Source: Nitrospinales bacterium (GTDB taxonomy: Bacteria > Nitrospinota > Nitrospinia > Nitrospinales > JAJDAT01). From it: a DNA stretch of 37,320 bases. Below are positions 9,814 through 18,760 of the stretch, in pieces. Below the pieces are notes generated by a model that was not told where the DNA came from, made no database searches, and saw nothing but the letters and a program-made list of their open reading frames with translations. Each line of letters starts with the position of its first letter. Position 1 is the first letter of the stretch. The stretch covers positions 1 to 37,320 of the forward strand of contig JBHHYO010000018.1 of the NCBI GenBank assembly GCA_046757665.1. Reading direction: 5' to 3'. The translations under genes were made by a program, and so were the position numbers.

Positions 9814-10884
9814 TTATGAGGGCGGTTTGTAGAACGCGGAGGTTTTGTATTGGATGAGTCCTCGTTTGGCGAGGACGTTGAGCACGGCGGCGACGGGCAC
9901 GGCAAGCAGGATTCCCAGCAGGCCGAAGAACTCGGCGCCGATCAACAGGGCGATCATCAACGCCACGGGGTGCAGTCCCACTTGCCCGCCGACCAGCCGG
10001 GGCGAGATCACCATGCCCTCCAACGCCTGCACCACGGCAAACACTCCCACCACCATAAGAACGGGCAACCCTTCCTGGTAATGCAGGTACGTCAGCAGGG
10101 ACGCGGGGATCAATCCGAGCAGGACGCCCAGGTAGGGCACCAGGTTGGCGTAACCGGCGACGATGCCGATGAACAGGCTCATCGGCGCGCCGGCGAGTTG
10201 CAGGCCGGCGCTGTACAACCCCGCCATGAGGGTCGCCACCATCAACTGCCCGCGGATAAACCTGGCCAGCACCCGGTTGATTTCCTCCAGCACGTCCAGG
10301 GTTTTTTCCTTGAAGCGGGGCGGAATCAGGGTAAACAGGTTGTCCTTGATTGCGTCGAAGTCCCGCAACAAATAAAACATGGCCACCGGAATGATCACCA
10401 GGTTGACGGCCATGAAGATGACATTGACCAGCCCCGAAAGCGAGTTCCACAAAAAGGTGGTGGTCGCGGTCATGATCTTGAAAGGCAGTTCGCCGAATTT
10501 TTGCATCCCCTGGTTCAGGATTTCCCGCGTTTTCGCGGGGTCGATGGCGGAAAGTTTTTCGATCAGGGGGGCAATCCATTGCTGGACGGTGTGAACGTAG
10601 AGGGGCACGTTTTCCGTTAATTTTTCCACCTGCGCCTGCATGACGGGCGCCAGCAAGACGCCGCCCAGGAAAACCAGAAGGAAGAAAAGCGCCATCAGCA
10701 GAATGATCCCGGCGGTACGGGGAATTTTACAATTTTCCAACCGGTCCACCAGCGGGTCCAGGAGATAGGCCAGGGCAAAGGCGATGAAGAACGGCGTGAG
10801 CACCCGTCTGGTCACGTAAATCAAGGCGACCGTCACGAGGAGGGCGATGAGAAAAACAACGGGAGTGTTCCGGTCTGTTTTCAT
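9814..10884 (-). CDS. AI-2E family (PerM/UPF0118) transporter
   Basis: PFFIAFALAYLLDPLVDRLE, FYLLRD, FIRGQL, NLVPYLG and LEGMVISPRLVG..VGLHPV motifs with multiple TM helices. ATG at 10884 chosen because the longer ORF runs through the palindromic element. Confidence 0.92.
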   Translation of the reverse strand: MKTDRNTPVVFLIALLVTVALIYVTRRVLTPFFIAFALAYLLDPLVDRLENCKIPRTAGIILLMALFFLLVFLGGVLLAPVMQAQVEKLTENVPLYVHTVQQWIAPLIEKLSAIDPAKTREILNQGMQKFGELPFKIMTATTTFLWNSLSGLVNVIFMAVNLVIIPVAMFYLLRDFDAIKDNLFTLIPPRFKEKTLDVLEEINRVLARFIRGQLMVATLMAGLYSAGLQLAGAPMSLFIGIVAGYANLVPYLGVLLGLIPASLLTYLHYQEGLPVLMVVGVFAVVQALEGMVISPRLVGGQVGLHPVALMIALLIGAEFFGLLGILLAVPVAAVLNVLAKRGLIQYKTSAFYKPPS

Positions 10885-10917
10885 ATGAGACCTTTGCCTA
10901 AGTGTATTTGCTTGACC

Positions 10918-11022
10918 GTCATTGCGAGGAGGCGAAGTCGACGAAGCAATCCAGAAAGGACCCATTCCCACCGGGCGTGGCCCGGCTGGATCGCCACGCC
11001 GCCGGTGGCGGCGCGCGATGAC
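10918..11022. repeat. Palindromic (RPE/REP/MITE-like) intergenic element
   Basis: Imperfect terminal inverted repeat GTCATTGCGAG ... CGCGCGATGAC, inner arms GAAGCAATCCAG / CTGGATCGCCAC, and two perfect 6-bp hairpins CCGGGC-GTG-GCCCGG and GCCGCC-GGT-GGCGGC. Confidence 0.75.
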
Positions 11023-11091
11023 ACCGGGGGAGGCGAAGAATCTCGGGTTATGCAAAGCTCTGTTTTCATATTGGCGCTCTGCAACGCTTCG

Positions 11092-12093
11092 CTAAAGGTC
11101 CGTCATGGGCAAGGCCGGCGACTGGGAAACTCCGGGCCGAGGCGCCTCGGTTTCGGGTTCTTTGTTGCGGAACCGCTGGATGGAGTCGATGAGAAATCCG
11201 CCCAGCTTGGCGCTCGCCTTGCGAAAGGCTTTTTGTTCTCCGGTCAGAATGTCCTCGCCTTCCGCGGCGGCGAAATCGCTTTTCGCGGCAATGATAACAG
11301 AATTGAGGACGGATACGGCCTTCAAACTGATATTGGCGCGGATGATTTTCAAGCCCATCTCCGAGGCTTCCGGCGACAGCGCGGACACCGCGCTACCGAC
11401 GATGACCATATCGGCGCCGGTTTTCCGGCCGATATTCGCCGCGGCCTCCATGTCCCCGTGCACGGCGTTTGAAATCATTTCCTCGCTGACCAGGCCGCGC
11501 AGGGTGTCGCGTTCGACGACGTGGAACCCGGCGTCCGCGAAGCGTTGCGACAGGGCGGCTTCCGAAAAGGGCATAAAATCCCAAAACCCGGCCTCCCGGG
11601 GCGAGGAGAAACTCGTTTCCTTGATCACGATGGCCACGACCCCCTCGGCGCCGGGGCCCGTGAGAATTCCCAGGGTCTGCAACTGTTTGCGCAAGGCTTC
11701 GTTAAACAGGGTGACCTCCAGGCGAACCGACACAACATTTTCATCGGAATTGTCCTGGGCTTCCAGGAAGCGGTAGCCGCGGACGTAACGTTTCGCCCGG
11801 GAAATAATTTTTTGCAATAGCCGGAGGTTGAGCTGGTAGGTTTCCTCGCCGAGCGTTTCCTGGAGGGAAAATTTAACGGCTTCCTGCAAGGCGGCGGCCA
11901 CGGCTTTTTTTCGGGCCTTGACAAAATTCTGCCCGAAGACATCCGTCTCGGCGGCAACCTCGTAGACCCGTGGAGCGCCCGCCTCCCGCGCTTCCATCAT
12001 CCGCGGAAAAAAAGCAAGAGCCGCCCAGCACACCACCAAGAGAACGGCGGCAGGCGGCAGGACATGGCGCCGAACTTGTCGTTTATCCCGCAT
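11092..12093 (-). CDS. Exported protein with FlgT-N-like domain and CsgG/LpoB-like domain
   Basis: N-terminal hydrophobic segment. KARKKAVAAALQEAV...YVRGYRFLE...VSVRLEV resembles FlgT-N/LPP20; AGFHVVERDTL...AANIGRKTGADMVIVGS resembles CsgG/TolB-N. ATG at 12093 overlaps the rluB stop region. Confidence 0.6.
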   Translation of the reverse strand: MRDKRQVRRHVLPPAAVLLVVCWAALAFFPRMMEAREAGAPRVYEVAAETDVFGQNFVKARKKAVAAALQEAVKFSLQETLGEETYQLNLRLLQKIISRAKRYVRGYRFLEAQDNSDENVVSVRLEVTLFNEALRKQLQTLGILTGPGAEGVVAIVIKETSFSSPREAGFWDFMPFSEAALSQRFADAGFHVVERDTLRGLVSEEMISNAVHGDMEAAANIGRKTGADMVIVGSAVSALSPEASEMGLKIIRANISLKAVSVLNSVIIAAKSDFAAAEGEDILTGEQKAFRKASAKLGGFLIDSIQRFRNKEPETEAPRPGVSQSPALPMTDL

Positions 12094-12811
12094 GGGCAAC
12101 CAGTTTTTTCAGGGATTGGACTTCCTTTGCCGTCAGATAGCGAAACTCGCCGGGACTCAACCCGTTAAGGTTTAAAAAAGCAAAATGGGTTCTTTTCAGC
12201 TTGATGACCGGGAAGCGGATGAGTTCGCAGGCTCGTTTGATGTGCCGGTTTTTGCCCTCGACCAGCTTGAGAGTCAGGAAACAGTTTTTCCCGCTGATGC
12301 GGAAGATTTTGACGTCCATGGGCGCGGTGCGCCGGTTGTCCAGTCGAATGCCTTTTTTCAGGCGGCGCAGGTCCTTTTCGGTGGGGACGCCGTGAACTTT
12401 CACCCGGTAAGTGCGGATCACGCCGTTTTTGGCGTCCATCAGTTTTTTGCCGAGCGCCCCGTCGTTGGTGAACAGCAAGATTCCCTGCGTATTGAAATCC
12501 AGCCTGCCGACCGGGAAAACCCGGGTGGATACTTTTTTGAGAAAGTCCATAACCGTAGGCCGGGCACGGTCGTCCCGCATGGTGGTCAGGCAACCGACGG
12601 GTTTATAAAAGATCAGATAGGTTTTCTCCTCCAGGGGCGGCAGTAATTTTCCGCGAACCTTGATGGCGTCTGTTTCCTGATCCGCCAAGGCCCCCAGGCG
12701 GAGCACCACCTTGCCGTTGACGGAGACCTTGCCGTCGGCGATCCATTGTTCGGCCTGCCGGCGGGAAGCCAGTCCGGCCTGGGCGATAATTTTCTGCAAA
12801 CGCATTTTCAT
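12083..12811 (-). CDS. rluB: 23S rRNA pseudouridine synthase (RluB/RsuA family, S4 domain)
   Basis: MRLQKIIAQAGLASRRQAE (S4), FPVGRLDFNTQG (catalytic RLD) and EGKNRHIKR. Lies downstream of scpB, a common gene pair. Confidence 0.9.
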   Translation of the reverse strand: MKMRLQKIIAQAGLASRRQAEQWIADGKVSVNGKVVLRLGALADQETDAIKVRGKLLPPLEEKTYLIFYKPVGCLTTMRDDRARPTVMDFLKKVSTRVFPVGRLDFNTQGILLFTNDGALGKKLMDAKNGVIRTYRVKVHGVPTEKDLRRLKKGIRLDNRRTAPMDVKIFRISGKNCFLTLKLVEGKNRHIKRACELIRFPVIKLKRTHFAFLNLNGLSPGEFRYLTAKEVQSLKKLVAHAG

Positions 12812-12839
12812 TTTGGGAAGGAACGGTGAAGAAAAGCCG

Positions 12840-13523
12840 TCAGTGGCTTTCCGAGTCATCATTGGCGGAATCGAGAGAGGCGTTGGTTTGTGGAATTTCG
12901 CGTTCGGCATCGTTTTCCGGCGGACCGGTTTCTCCGCCGTCCTGATCGGCAAACAGGAACCGGGTCTGCCCGGCGGGGGAATCCCCGCCTTCGCCGGCGA
13001 TTTCCGCCTCCTTGAAGTCTTCCAGAATGGGCAGGTCGCTCAGGTCTTTCAAACCGAAATATTCGAGAAACTTGCGCGTCGTGCGATACATCATCGGCCT
13101 GCCGGGAACTTTTTTCCTGCCGGCGGGACCGATGACGTTTTTTTCCAGCAGGGTTCGGATCACGCCGCTGGAATCGACTCCGCGGATTCCCTCGACCTCG
13201 GCCCGGGTGAGGGGTTGCTTGTAAGCGATGATGGACAAGGTGTCCAGCGCGGGCTGGGACAACCGGGCCGCCTTGTCGAGGCGGAGGTATTTCTTGATCC
13301 AGTCGGAATATTCCATGCGGGTGCACAGCAGATAGCCTTCGGCCACCTCCTGGATTTGCAGGTTTTTCCCCGCGTACTCCTTCTCCAACAGCTTGAGGGT
13401 CTGCCGCAATTCCTTGCGCGGAACGTCGTTTTTAAAAATTTCCGCCAATCGGTCGACGGTCACCGGCTCTCCGGCGGCCAACAGGACATTTTCCACGATT
13501 GCCTTGATTTCATCCTGATCCAA
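12840..13523 (-). CDS. scpB: SMC-Scp complex subunit ScpB
   Basis: LSQPALDTLSIIAYKQPLTRAEVEGIRGVDS and PGRPMMYRTTRKFLEYFGLKDLSDLP. TTG start at 13523 follows a GGGAGGAG RBS; alternative starts at 13529 or 13547. Confidence 0.93.
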   Translation of the reverse strand: MDQDEIKAIVENVLLAAGEPVTVDRLAEIFKNDVPRKELRQTLKLLEKEYAGKNLQIQEVAEGYLLCTRMEYSDWIKKYLRLDKAARLSQPALDTLSIIAYKQPLTRAEVEGIRGVDSSGVIRTLLEKNVIGPAGRKKVPGRPMMYRTTRKFLEYFGLKDLSDLPILEDFKEAEIAGEGGDSPAGQTRFLFADQDGGETGPPENDAEREIPQTNASLDSANDDSESH

Positions 13524-13586
13524 AGTCAACTCCTCCCTTAAGTCCAAGCTATTCTAAGCCAGAACCGGCGCGCACTGCAAAAGAAT

Positions 13587-14765
13587 TCATTGCCGTTCCA
13601 ATTTGAAATACTTGCTCAAGGTGAGTTCCTGGGAGTGGTAGTGGGACTGGAGGCTCTTGCCGTAAATTTTGGTCGGCGGTTCGATCATTTTTTCAAATTT
13701 GAGGCGGCAGAAGGTTTGCCCGTCCTCCACCATGAACGGCACGTCGTGCGGGCGCACTTCCATGACGGCGCGGGTTCCCTGGCGCGGAGAGTCCGTCCCG
13801 TGCCAGCCGAATCCGGGATCGAAAAATCCCGCGTAATGGGTGCGCAACTCGCCGCTGTTGGGTTCATAGGCAACCATTTCCGCCAGCAGGTGCGGCCAGA
13901 TGCAAATTTTCTCCTTCGACATCATGATATAAAAACTTTCCGGCTCAAGAATCAGCCGGTTTTTTTTCTGTGAATACACCGGCTCCCAGAACTCCGTCGG
14001 GTTGTAGTGGTTTTTTTTGGTCAGGTCAATGACGTGGCTGTTGTGCTTGGCTTTGTAGGCAATGACCGGCTGGCCCGCATCCCCCTCAATATCCACGCCA
14101 ATGAACAACCCCCCATCCAGTTTGACTTGCCCCAGGGAAATGGGGAGCCCCTGGCTGTTGTAAAGCATGGGGTCTTTTTTATATTTGAATCTCAGTTGAC
14201 GGTCGGAAATTCCGGAACTTCCCTTGAAGATTCTCAATTGATTCAGGGAAAGGCCCACATGGACCTTTACCGGAAACGTGCGGGAAATAATTTCCAGGTA
14301 CATTTTTCCCTTGTACCCACTGGGGATTTCATCGAACCGGTGGCCTCTGTCGACGATAACCCGGGTGAACATGTCCAGGCGGCCCGTGGAGCTTTTCGGG
14401 TTGGTGCGGCCGCACACGTTGCCGGGAAAAGCCAATTCCTCCATTAAAGGAATGAGGTAAACCGCCCCCTTTTCGAGGACGCCGCCTTGCCGCAGGTCAA
14501 ATTCGTAGAGCTTGACATCTTTCAATTTGGCTTCCACGGTATCGTTTTCGGGCAGGAAACTGCTTTGTATCCTGTAGGCTTTTGGACCCAGGCGCAAATC
14601 CAGGCTCACCGGCTGGAACTGCCGGTCCTCAATGGGTTGCTCGGCGCGGATGTTCCCCAAATGGACCAGCGTGTCAATATGCTGGCTGGGCAAATATCCC
14701 GACTTGTTGTAAAGCCGGCTTTCGAGGTTTTCTTTACGAAGTTTTTTTGCGGATAAGGTTTTCAT
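13587..14765 (-). CDS. dcd: 2'-deoxycytidine 5'-triphosphate deaminase (long two-domain type)
   Basis: QPVSLDLRLG, NPKSSTGRLDMFTRVI, GELRTHYAGFFDPGFG and AVMEVRPHDVPF. Confidence 0.88.
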   Translation of the reverse strand: MKTLSAKKLRKENLESRLYNKSGYLPSQHIDTLVHLGNIRAEQPIEDRQFQPVSLDLRLGPKAYRIQSSFLPENDTVEAKLKDVKLYEFDLRQGGVLEKGAVYLIPLMEELAFPGNVCGRTNPKSSTGRLDMFTRVIVDRGHRFDEIPSGYKGKMYLEIISRTFPVKVHVGLSLNQLRIFKGSSGISDRQLRFKYKKDPMLYNSQGLPISLGQVKLDGGLFIGVDIEGDAGQPVIAYKAKHNSHVIDLTKKNHYNPTEFWEPVYSQKKNRLILEPESFYIMMSKEKICIWPHLLAEMVAYEPNSGELRTHYAGFFDPGFGWHGTDSPRQGTRAVMEVRPHDVPFMVEDGQTFCRLKFEKMIEPPTKIYGKSLQSHYHSQELTLSKYFKLERQ

Positions 14766-14823
14766 TGAATTGCTGACGCGGGCCGGATTTGGAACAAGAA
14801 CGACAAACCGCAGAAAAATGCAA

Positions 14824-14853
14824 TTGACAGGCTGGTTTGAGCTATGATTTAAT
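14824..14853 (+). promoter_or_regulatory. Candidate sigma70 promoter for the FmdB/TPR operon
   Basis: Perfect TTGACA at 14824-14829. Candidate -10 is TTTAAT (14848-14853, 18-nt spacer, preceded by TG) or TATGAT (14843-14848). Lies in a divergent intergenic region. Confidence 0.45.
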
Positions 14854-14904
14854 CCTATTAATCAAAACTTTTCAACCACATAATAGCCCATCGAGGGAAG
14901 ACCC

Positions 14905-15147
14905 GTGCCGTTGTTCGAGTATCACTGCGAAGAATGCCGAAAGGATTTTACGCTTCTTCAGTCCACCAGCGTGAATAAGGACGAAACCGTCTGTCCGGAT
15001 TGCGGAGGGCGGAAAGTGCAGTACAAACTTTCGACGTTCGCCTCGAAAGTACAGTCCTCATCCTCAAAAGGGCCGGTAACCGCAAGCGAATTGCCCAACA
15101 AGAATGTCCTGAACCTTCCGCTACCCCGGTTGAGGTCCGAGTTGTAA
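14905..15147 (+). CDS. FmdB family zinc-ribbon protein
   Basis: MPLFEYHCEEC...CPDCG...KLSTF signature. GTG start follows GAGGGAAG. Confidence 0.9.
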   Translation: MPLFEYHCEECRKDFTLLQSTSVNKDETVCPDCGGRKVQYKLSTFASKVQSSSSKGPVTASELPNKNVLNLPLPRLRSEL

Positions 15148-15224
15148 GCAAATAACAGACCCGGCCTCGGCCTCCTTGGCCCAACGGGAACTTTCCTTTT
15201 ACATTAAACCATGAGACACCAGTC

Positions 15225-17177
15225 ATGAGCCGAAAAAACAAAGAATCGGAGAAACTTTCATCGGGACCGCCTTCCTCGACGCTGAAGAAGCTGGCAAAAC
15301 CGCTTGCCGGCGCGGCGCTTTTGGTGGCCCTGGTGGTGGGGCTTATTTATACCGCCGAGCCGCCCGGCAACCTGGAGCCGTACGACCGATTCAAGGCATC
15401 CAAAGTGAAACAATCCACCTCTCCAGATGAGGACGCTTCGGATGAAGAAAAGATCGCCGCGGAAAAACGCCGGGAATTGAAGGCGCTGGCAAAGTCATCA
15501 ACCGACAGAACCATCGCCTTGCCCAAGGAAGCGTTCATCCACATCGGCAATGCCATGAAGTTCGCGGAAGAGCAAAAGTTTGATGCCTCCGACGACGAAT
15601 TCCAAAAGGCCGCCATGATCAGTCCGGACACGCCGGAAATCTATTCCCTTTGGGGCGTAGCGCTACGCATGGCGGAACGATACAAGGAAGCCGAAAAACG
15701 ATTTTCCCGGGCATACGAACTCTCCCCCGACAATGACGAAATCACCTTCAATTTCGGGATGTCGCAACTACACGCCGAAAAGACCGACGACGCCATCGAC
15801 CTGTTCAAAAAAACCATCAAATTGAATCCCAAGCACCACATGGCCTACAACCTGTTGGGCAAGGCCTACGGCAAGAAACAGAAATTCGATCTGGAAACGG
15901 CCGCTTATAGAAAAGCCATCGAAATCAAACCGGACTTCGCCCTGGCTCATTTCAACCTGGGAATCGTATTGAGCATCCAGAAACATTTCATGGAAGCCGT
16001 ACCTCAATTTGAAAAAGCCATCGAACTGGACAAGCAATATGCCAAACCTTTCGTAACCAAATTTCTGAAAAAATACGGCTCCATACGGGAATCCATGGAA
16101 GCCAAGCAGGATTCCGCCGATGCCAAGCAACCGCAAATGGCCAAACTGGACGGCAACATTCCCTCCGTTGCGGAAGTCAAGAAGCAAAAGGAAAAAGAAG
16201 GCTCCGGCCACAGCATGGAGGGATCGTCCGCGGATATTGAAAAAGAGACCACGAATTTAAGCGGCAAAATCCTGGTGAACGGAGAAACCATCGATACCAA
16301 CGCCGTGGTTTACCTGGAAACCAAGGACAAACTGCCGGTTCCAAATCAGGAAAAACCCAAAACGCTGACCATCATCCAGAAAGGTTTGCAATTCGTACCG
16401 CAACATTCCGTCGTCATGGTGGGTTCCGAACTGAAATTCGTCAACAACGACAAGGAACCGCACAACATTTACTCCAAATCGCTGAACAACCAGTTCAACC
16501 TCGGCGCCATGGCTCCGGGAACCGCGAAAACCATCAAGATCACGGACGCAGGCCCCATTACCTTGAGATGCAACCTTCACAAGGGGATGATCGGCACCGT
16601 GTTCGCCGCTCCAAACGGGTACTACACCCATCCCACGGAAACGGGCGACTATTTCTTCAAGGAAGTGAAGAGCAAGGAGTATTTTTTGCAGGTCTGGCAT
16701 CCCCGGCTGTACCCGCGGGAAGTCATGGAGTTTTCCCGGTCCATTGGCTTGATCGGAAAAGACAAGGCCATCGACTTCAAAATCCAGTCCGCCTCCAAAC
16801 CGGACGAGATTCACGATCTCGTCGATGAAACGGATTACGACGCCATTGTGAACGAGATTGAGACCCTGGTGTTTCAGGGCATAGAAGCCTGGAAGCAAGG
16901 GAAAAAATATCTTCCCCGGAAACGGCTTCTTCTCGCCATTACCAAACATTATGAAGGCGCGGGGTTGAAGGGAGCCATCACCAAAAGCTTCAGCGAGAAA
17001 CGCGGCGCGCTTTTGGAAAAGGAGCTGGACGCCATCCGCAAGAAGATATCCGGGATCAAGGTGGACGACAAACCGGTGACGGAGGAATCCCTGAAACACA
17101 GCGCCAAGCTGGTGATCTCACAGTTACGCGCCAATGCCCGCGAACTCAAGGCTCGCGTACATCCGCTTCCAGAATGA
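15225..17177 (+). CDS. Membrane-anchored TPR-repeat protein fused to a cupredoxin-like/carboxypeptidase-regulatory-like module and a C-terminal helical domain
   Basis: N-terminal TM (LAGAALLVALVVGLIY), about five TPRs (e.g. AYNLLGKAY...YRKAIEIKPDFALAHFNLG), and QFVP...NNDKEPHNIYS...LRCNLHKGM...GDYFF...LQVWHPRL. Confidence 0.8.
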   Translation: MSRKNKESEKLSSGPPSSTLKKLAKPLAGAALLVALVVGLIYTAEPPGNLEPYDRFKASKVKQSTSPDEDASDEEKIAAEKRRELKALAKSSTDRTIALPKEAFIHIGNAMKFAEEQKFDASDDEFQKAAMISPDTPEIYSLWGVALRMAERYKEAEKRFSRAYELSPDNDEITFNFGMSQLHAEKTDDAIDLFKKTIKLNPKHHMAYNLLGKAYGKKQKFDLETAAYRKAIEIKPDFALAHFNLGIVLSIQKHFMEAVPQFEKAIELDKQYAKPFVTKFLKKYGSIRESMEAKQDSADAKQPQMAKLDGNIPSVAEVKKQKEKEGSGHSMEGSSADIEKETTNLSGKILVNGETIDTNAVVYLETKDKLPVPNQEKPKTLTIIQKGLQFVPQHSVVMVGSELKFVNNDKEPHNIYSKSLNNQFNLGAMAPGTAKTIKITDAGPITLRCNLHKGMIGTVFAAPNGYYTHPTETGDYFFKEVKSKEYFLQVWHPRLYPREVMEFSRSIGLIGKDKAIDFKIQSASKPDEIHDLVDETDYDAIVNEIETLVFQGIEAWKQGKKYLPRKRLLLAITKHYEGAGLKGAITKSFSEKRGALLEKELDAIRKKISGIKVDDKPVTEESLKHSAKLVISQLRANARELKARVHPLPE

Positions 17178-17276
17178 TCCCCCCGCCCCCGAACGGCTGA
17201 CAGCGGCAAAGCCGGGGCATTTGGTTTCTCCGCCCCGGCGCCGCCGAGCGGCCGGCGCCCTTCTTGCCGCCGAAAT

Positions 17277-17305
17277 TTGACTCGCAACCTATTGAATGAT
17301 AATTT
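17277..17305 (+). promoter_or_regulatory. Candidate sigma70 promoter giving a leaderless cysS transcript
   Basis: TTGACT (17277-17282), 17-nt spacer ending TGA, TAATTT (17300-17305). The ATG is at 17312 and has no Shine-Dalgarno sequence. Confidence 0.55.
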
Positions 17306-17311
17306 AAAATT

Positions 17312-18760
17312 ATGGCTCTCCGCGTTTATAACACCCTGACTGGCCAAAAGGAGGCGTTTGTCCCCATCCGGGAAGGTAAAGTTGGCATGTATGTTTGCGG
17401 CGTGACGGTATACGATTATTGCCACGTGGGACATGCCCGGGCGGCGGTGGTTTTCGACACCATTTACCGTTACCTGCAATACCTCGGTTTTGAGGTCACT
17501 TATGTGCGAAACTTTACCGATATTGACGACAAGATCATCAATCGCGCCAAAGAGGAGAACCTCCCCTGGACCGAGGTGACGGCCAAGTACATCCGGGCGT
17601 TTGAGGAAGACATCGGTTGCTTGAACGTAAGCGCGCCTACCAGGGAGCCGAAAGCGACAAGCCATATCGGCGATATGATCGCCATGATCGACCGGCTGGT
17701 CACAAACGGCAACGCCTATGAGCTGGACGGCGACGTTTATTTTTCCATCAAAACCTTCGCGCCCTATGGCCGGTTGTCGGGAAAAAACATCGAGGAGTTG
17801 ATGGCCGGGGCGCGGGTGGAAGTGGACGAGCGCAAGCGCGACCCGCTGGATTTCGCTCTGTGGAAAAAAAGCAAACCCGGCGAGCCGTCGTGGGACAGCC
17901 CCTGGGGACCCGGCCGGCCGGGATGGCACATCGAATGCTCCGCCATGGGCCGGACTTTCCTCGGCGAGCAGTTCGATATTCATGGCGGCGGCAAGGACCT
18001 GGTTTTCCCGCACCATGAAAACGAGATCGCCCAATCGCAGGGTTCAAGCGGCGAACCGCCCGTCCGCTACTGGATACACAACGGGTTCGTCAATATCGAC
18101 CAGGAGAAAATGTCGAAATCCCTGGGAAATTTTTTCACCCTGCGCGACATTTACAAACGCTATCTGCCGGAGGTTCTGCGGCTGTTCCTGCTGACCGTGC
18201 ATTATCGCAGTCCCATAAACTTTTCCTATCAAAACCTGGACGAGGCGGAAAAGGTTTTGACGCGGTTTTACGAATTGTTTTCGGTTGAAGAAAAAGCGCC
18301 CGCCGAACCGGACGAAGGTGAAATAGACGATATAATCAAAACACGTCCTTTTATGAAAAAATTCGCGGCGGCGATGAATGACGATTTCAACTCCGCACTG
18401 GCCCTGGCTCACATGAACGACGAGTTGCGGCGGTTGAACAAAATCCTGGGCGAAATTATGGAACCCCGGGATAAAGGGCCAGGGAATGAATTTTCCATTG
18501 ATCTTTACGCTTTGAAAAAAGCCGGGCAAATACTCGGCCTGTTTTTCATGCAACCGGACGTTTTCAAGCAAGAGAGTCAAAAAATAAAAATTAACGAGTT
18601 GAATCTCGACGTGGAAAAAATCGAGGCGCTTATCGCGGACCGGAATAACGCCCGGTCGGCGAAAGATTGGAAAAAAGCGGACGCCTGCCGCGAGGCATTG
18701 AGCAAAATGGATGTCATGCTCGAGGATACGGATCAGGGAACGATATGGAAAGTCAAGTAA
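17312..18760 (+). CDS. cysS: Cysteine--tRNA ligase
   Basis: MYVCGVTVYDYCHVGHAR (HIGH), GRPGWHIECSAM, DIHGGGKDLVFPHHENEIAQS and KMSKSLGNF. Confidence 0.98.
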   Translation: MALRVYNTLTGQKEAFVPIREGKVGMYVCGVTVYDYCHVGHARAAVVFDTIYRYLQYLGFEVTYVRNFTDIDDKIINRAKEENLPWTEVTAKYIRAFEEDIGCLNVSAPTREPKATSHIGDMIAMIDRLVTNGNAYELDGDVYFSIKTFAPYGRLSGKNIEELMAGARVEVDERKRDPLDFALWKKSKPGEPSWDSPWGPGRPGWHIECSAMGRTFLGEQFDIHGGGKDLVFPHHENEIAQSQGSSGEPPVRYWIHNGFVNIDQEKMSKSLGNFFTLRDIYKRYLPEVLRLFLLTVHYRSPINFSYQNLDEAEKVLTRFYELFSVEEKAPAEPDEGEIDDIIKTRPFMKKFAAAMNDDFNSALALAHMNDELRRLNKILGEIMEPRDKGPGNEFSIDLYALKKAGQILGLFFMQPDVFKQESQKIKINELNLDVEKIEALIADRNNARSAKDWKKADACREALSKMDVMLEDTDQGTIWKVK

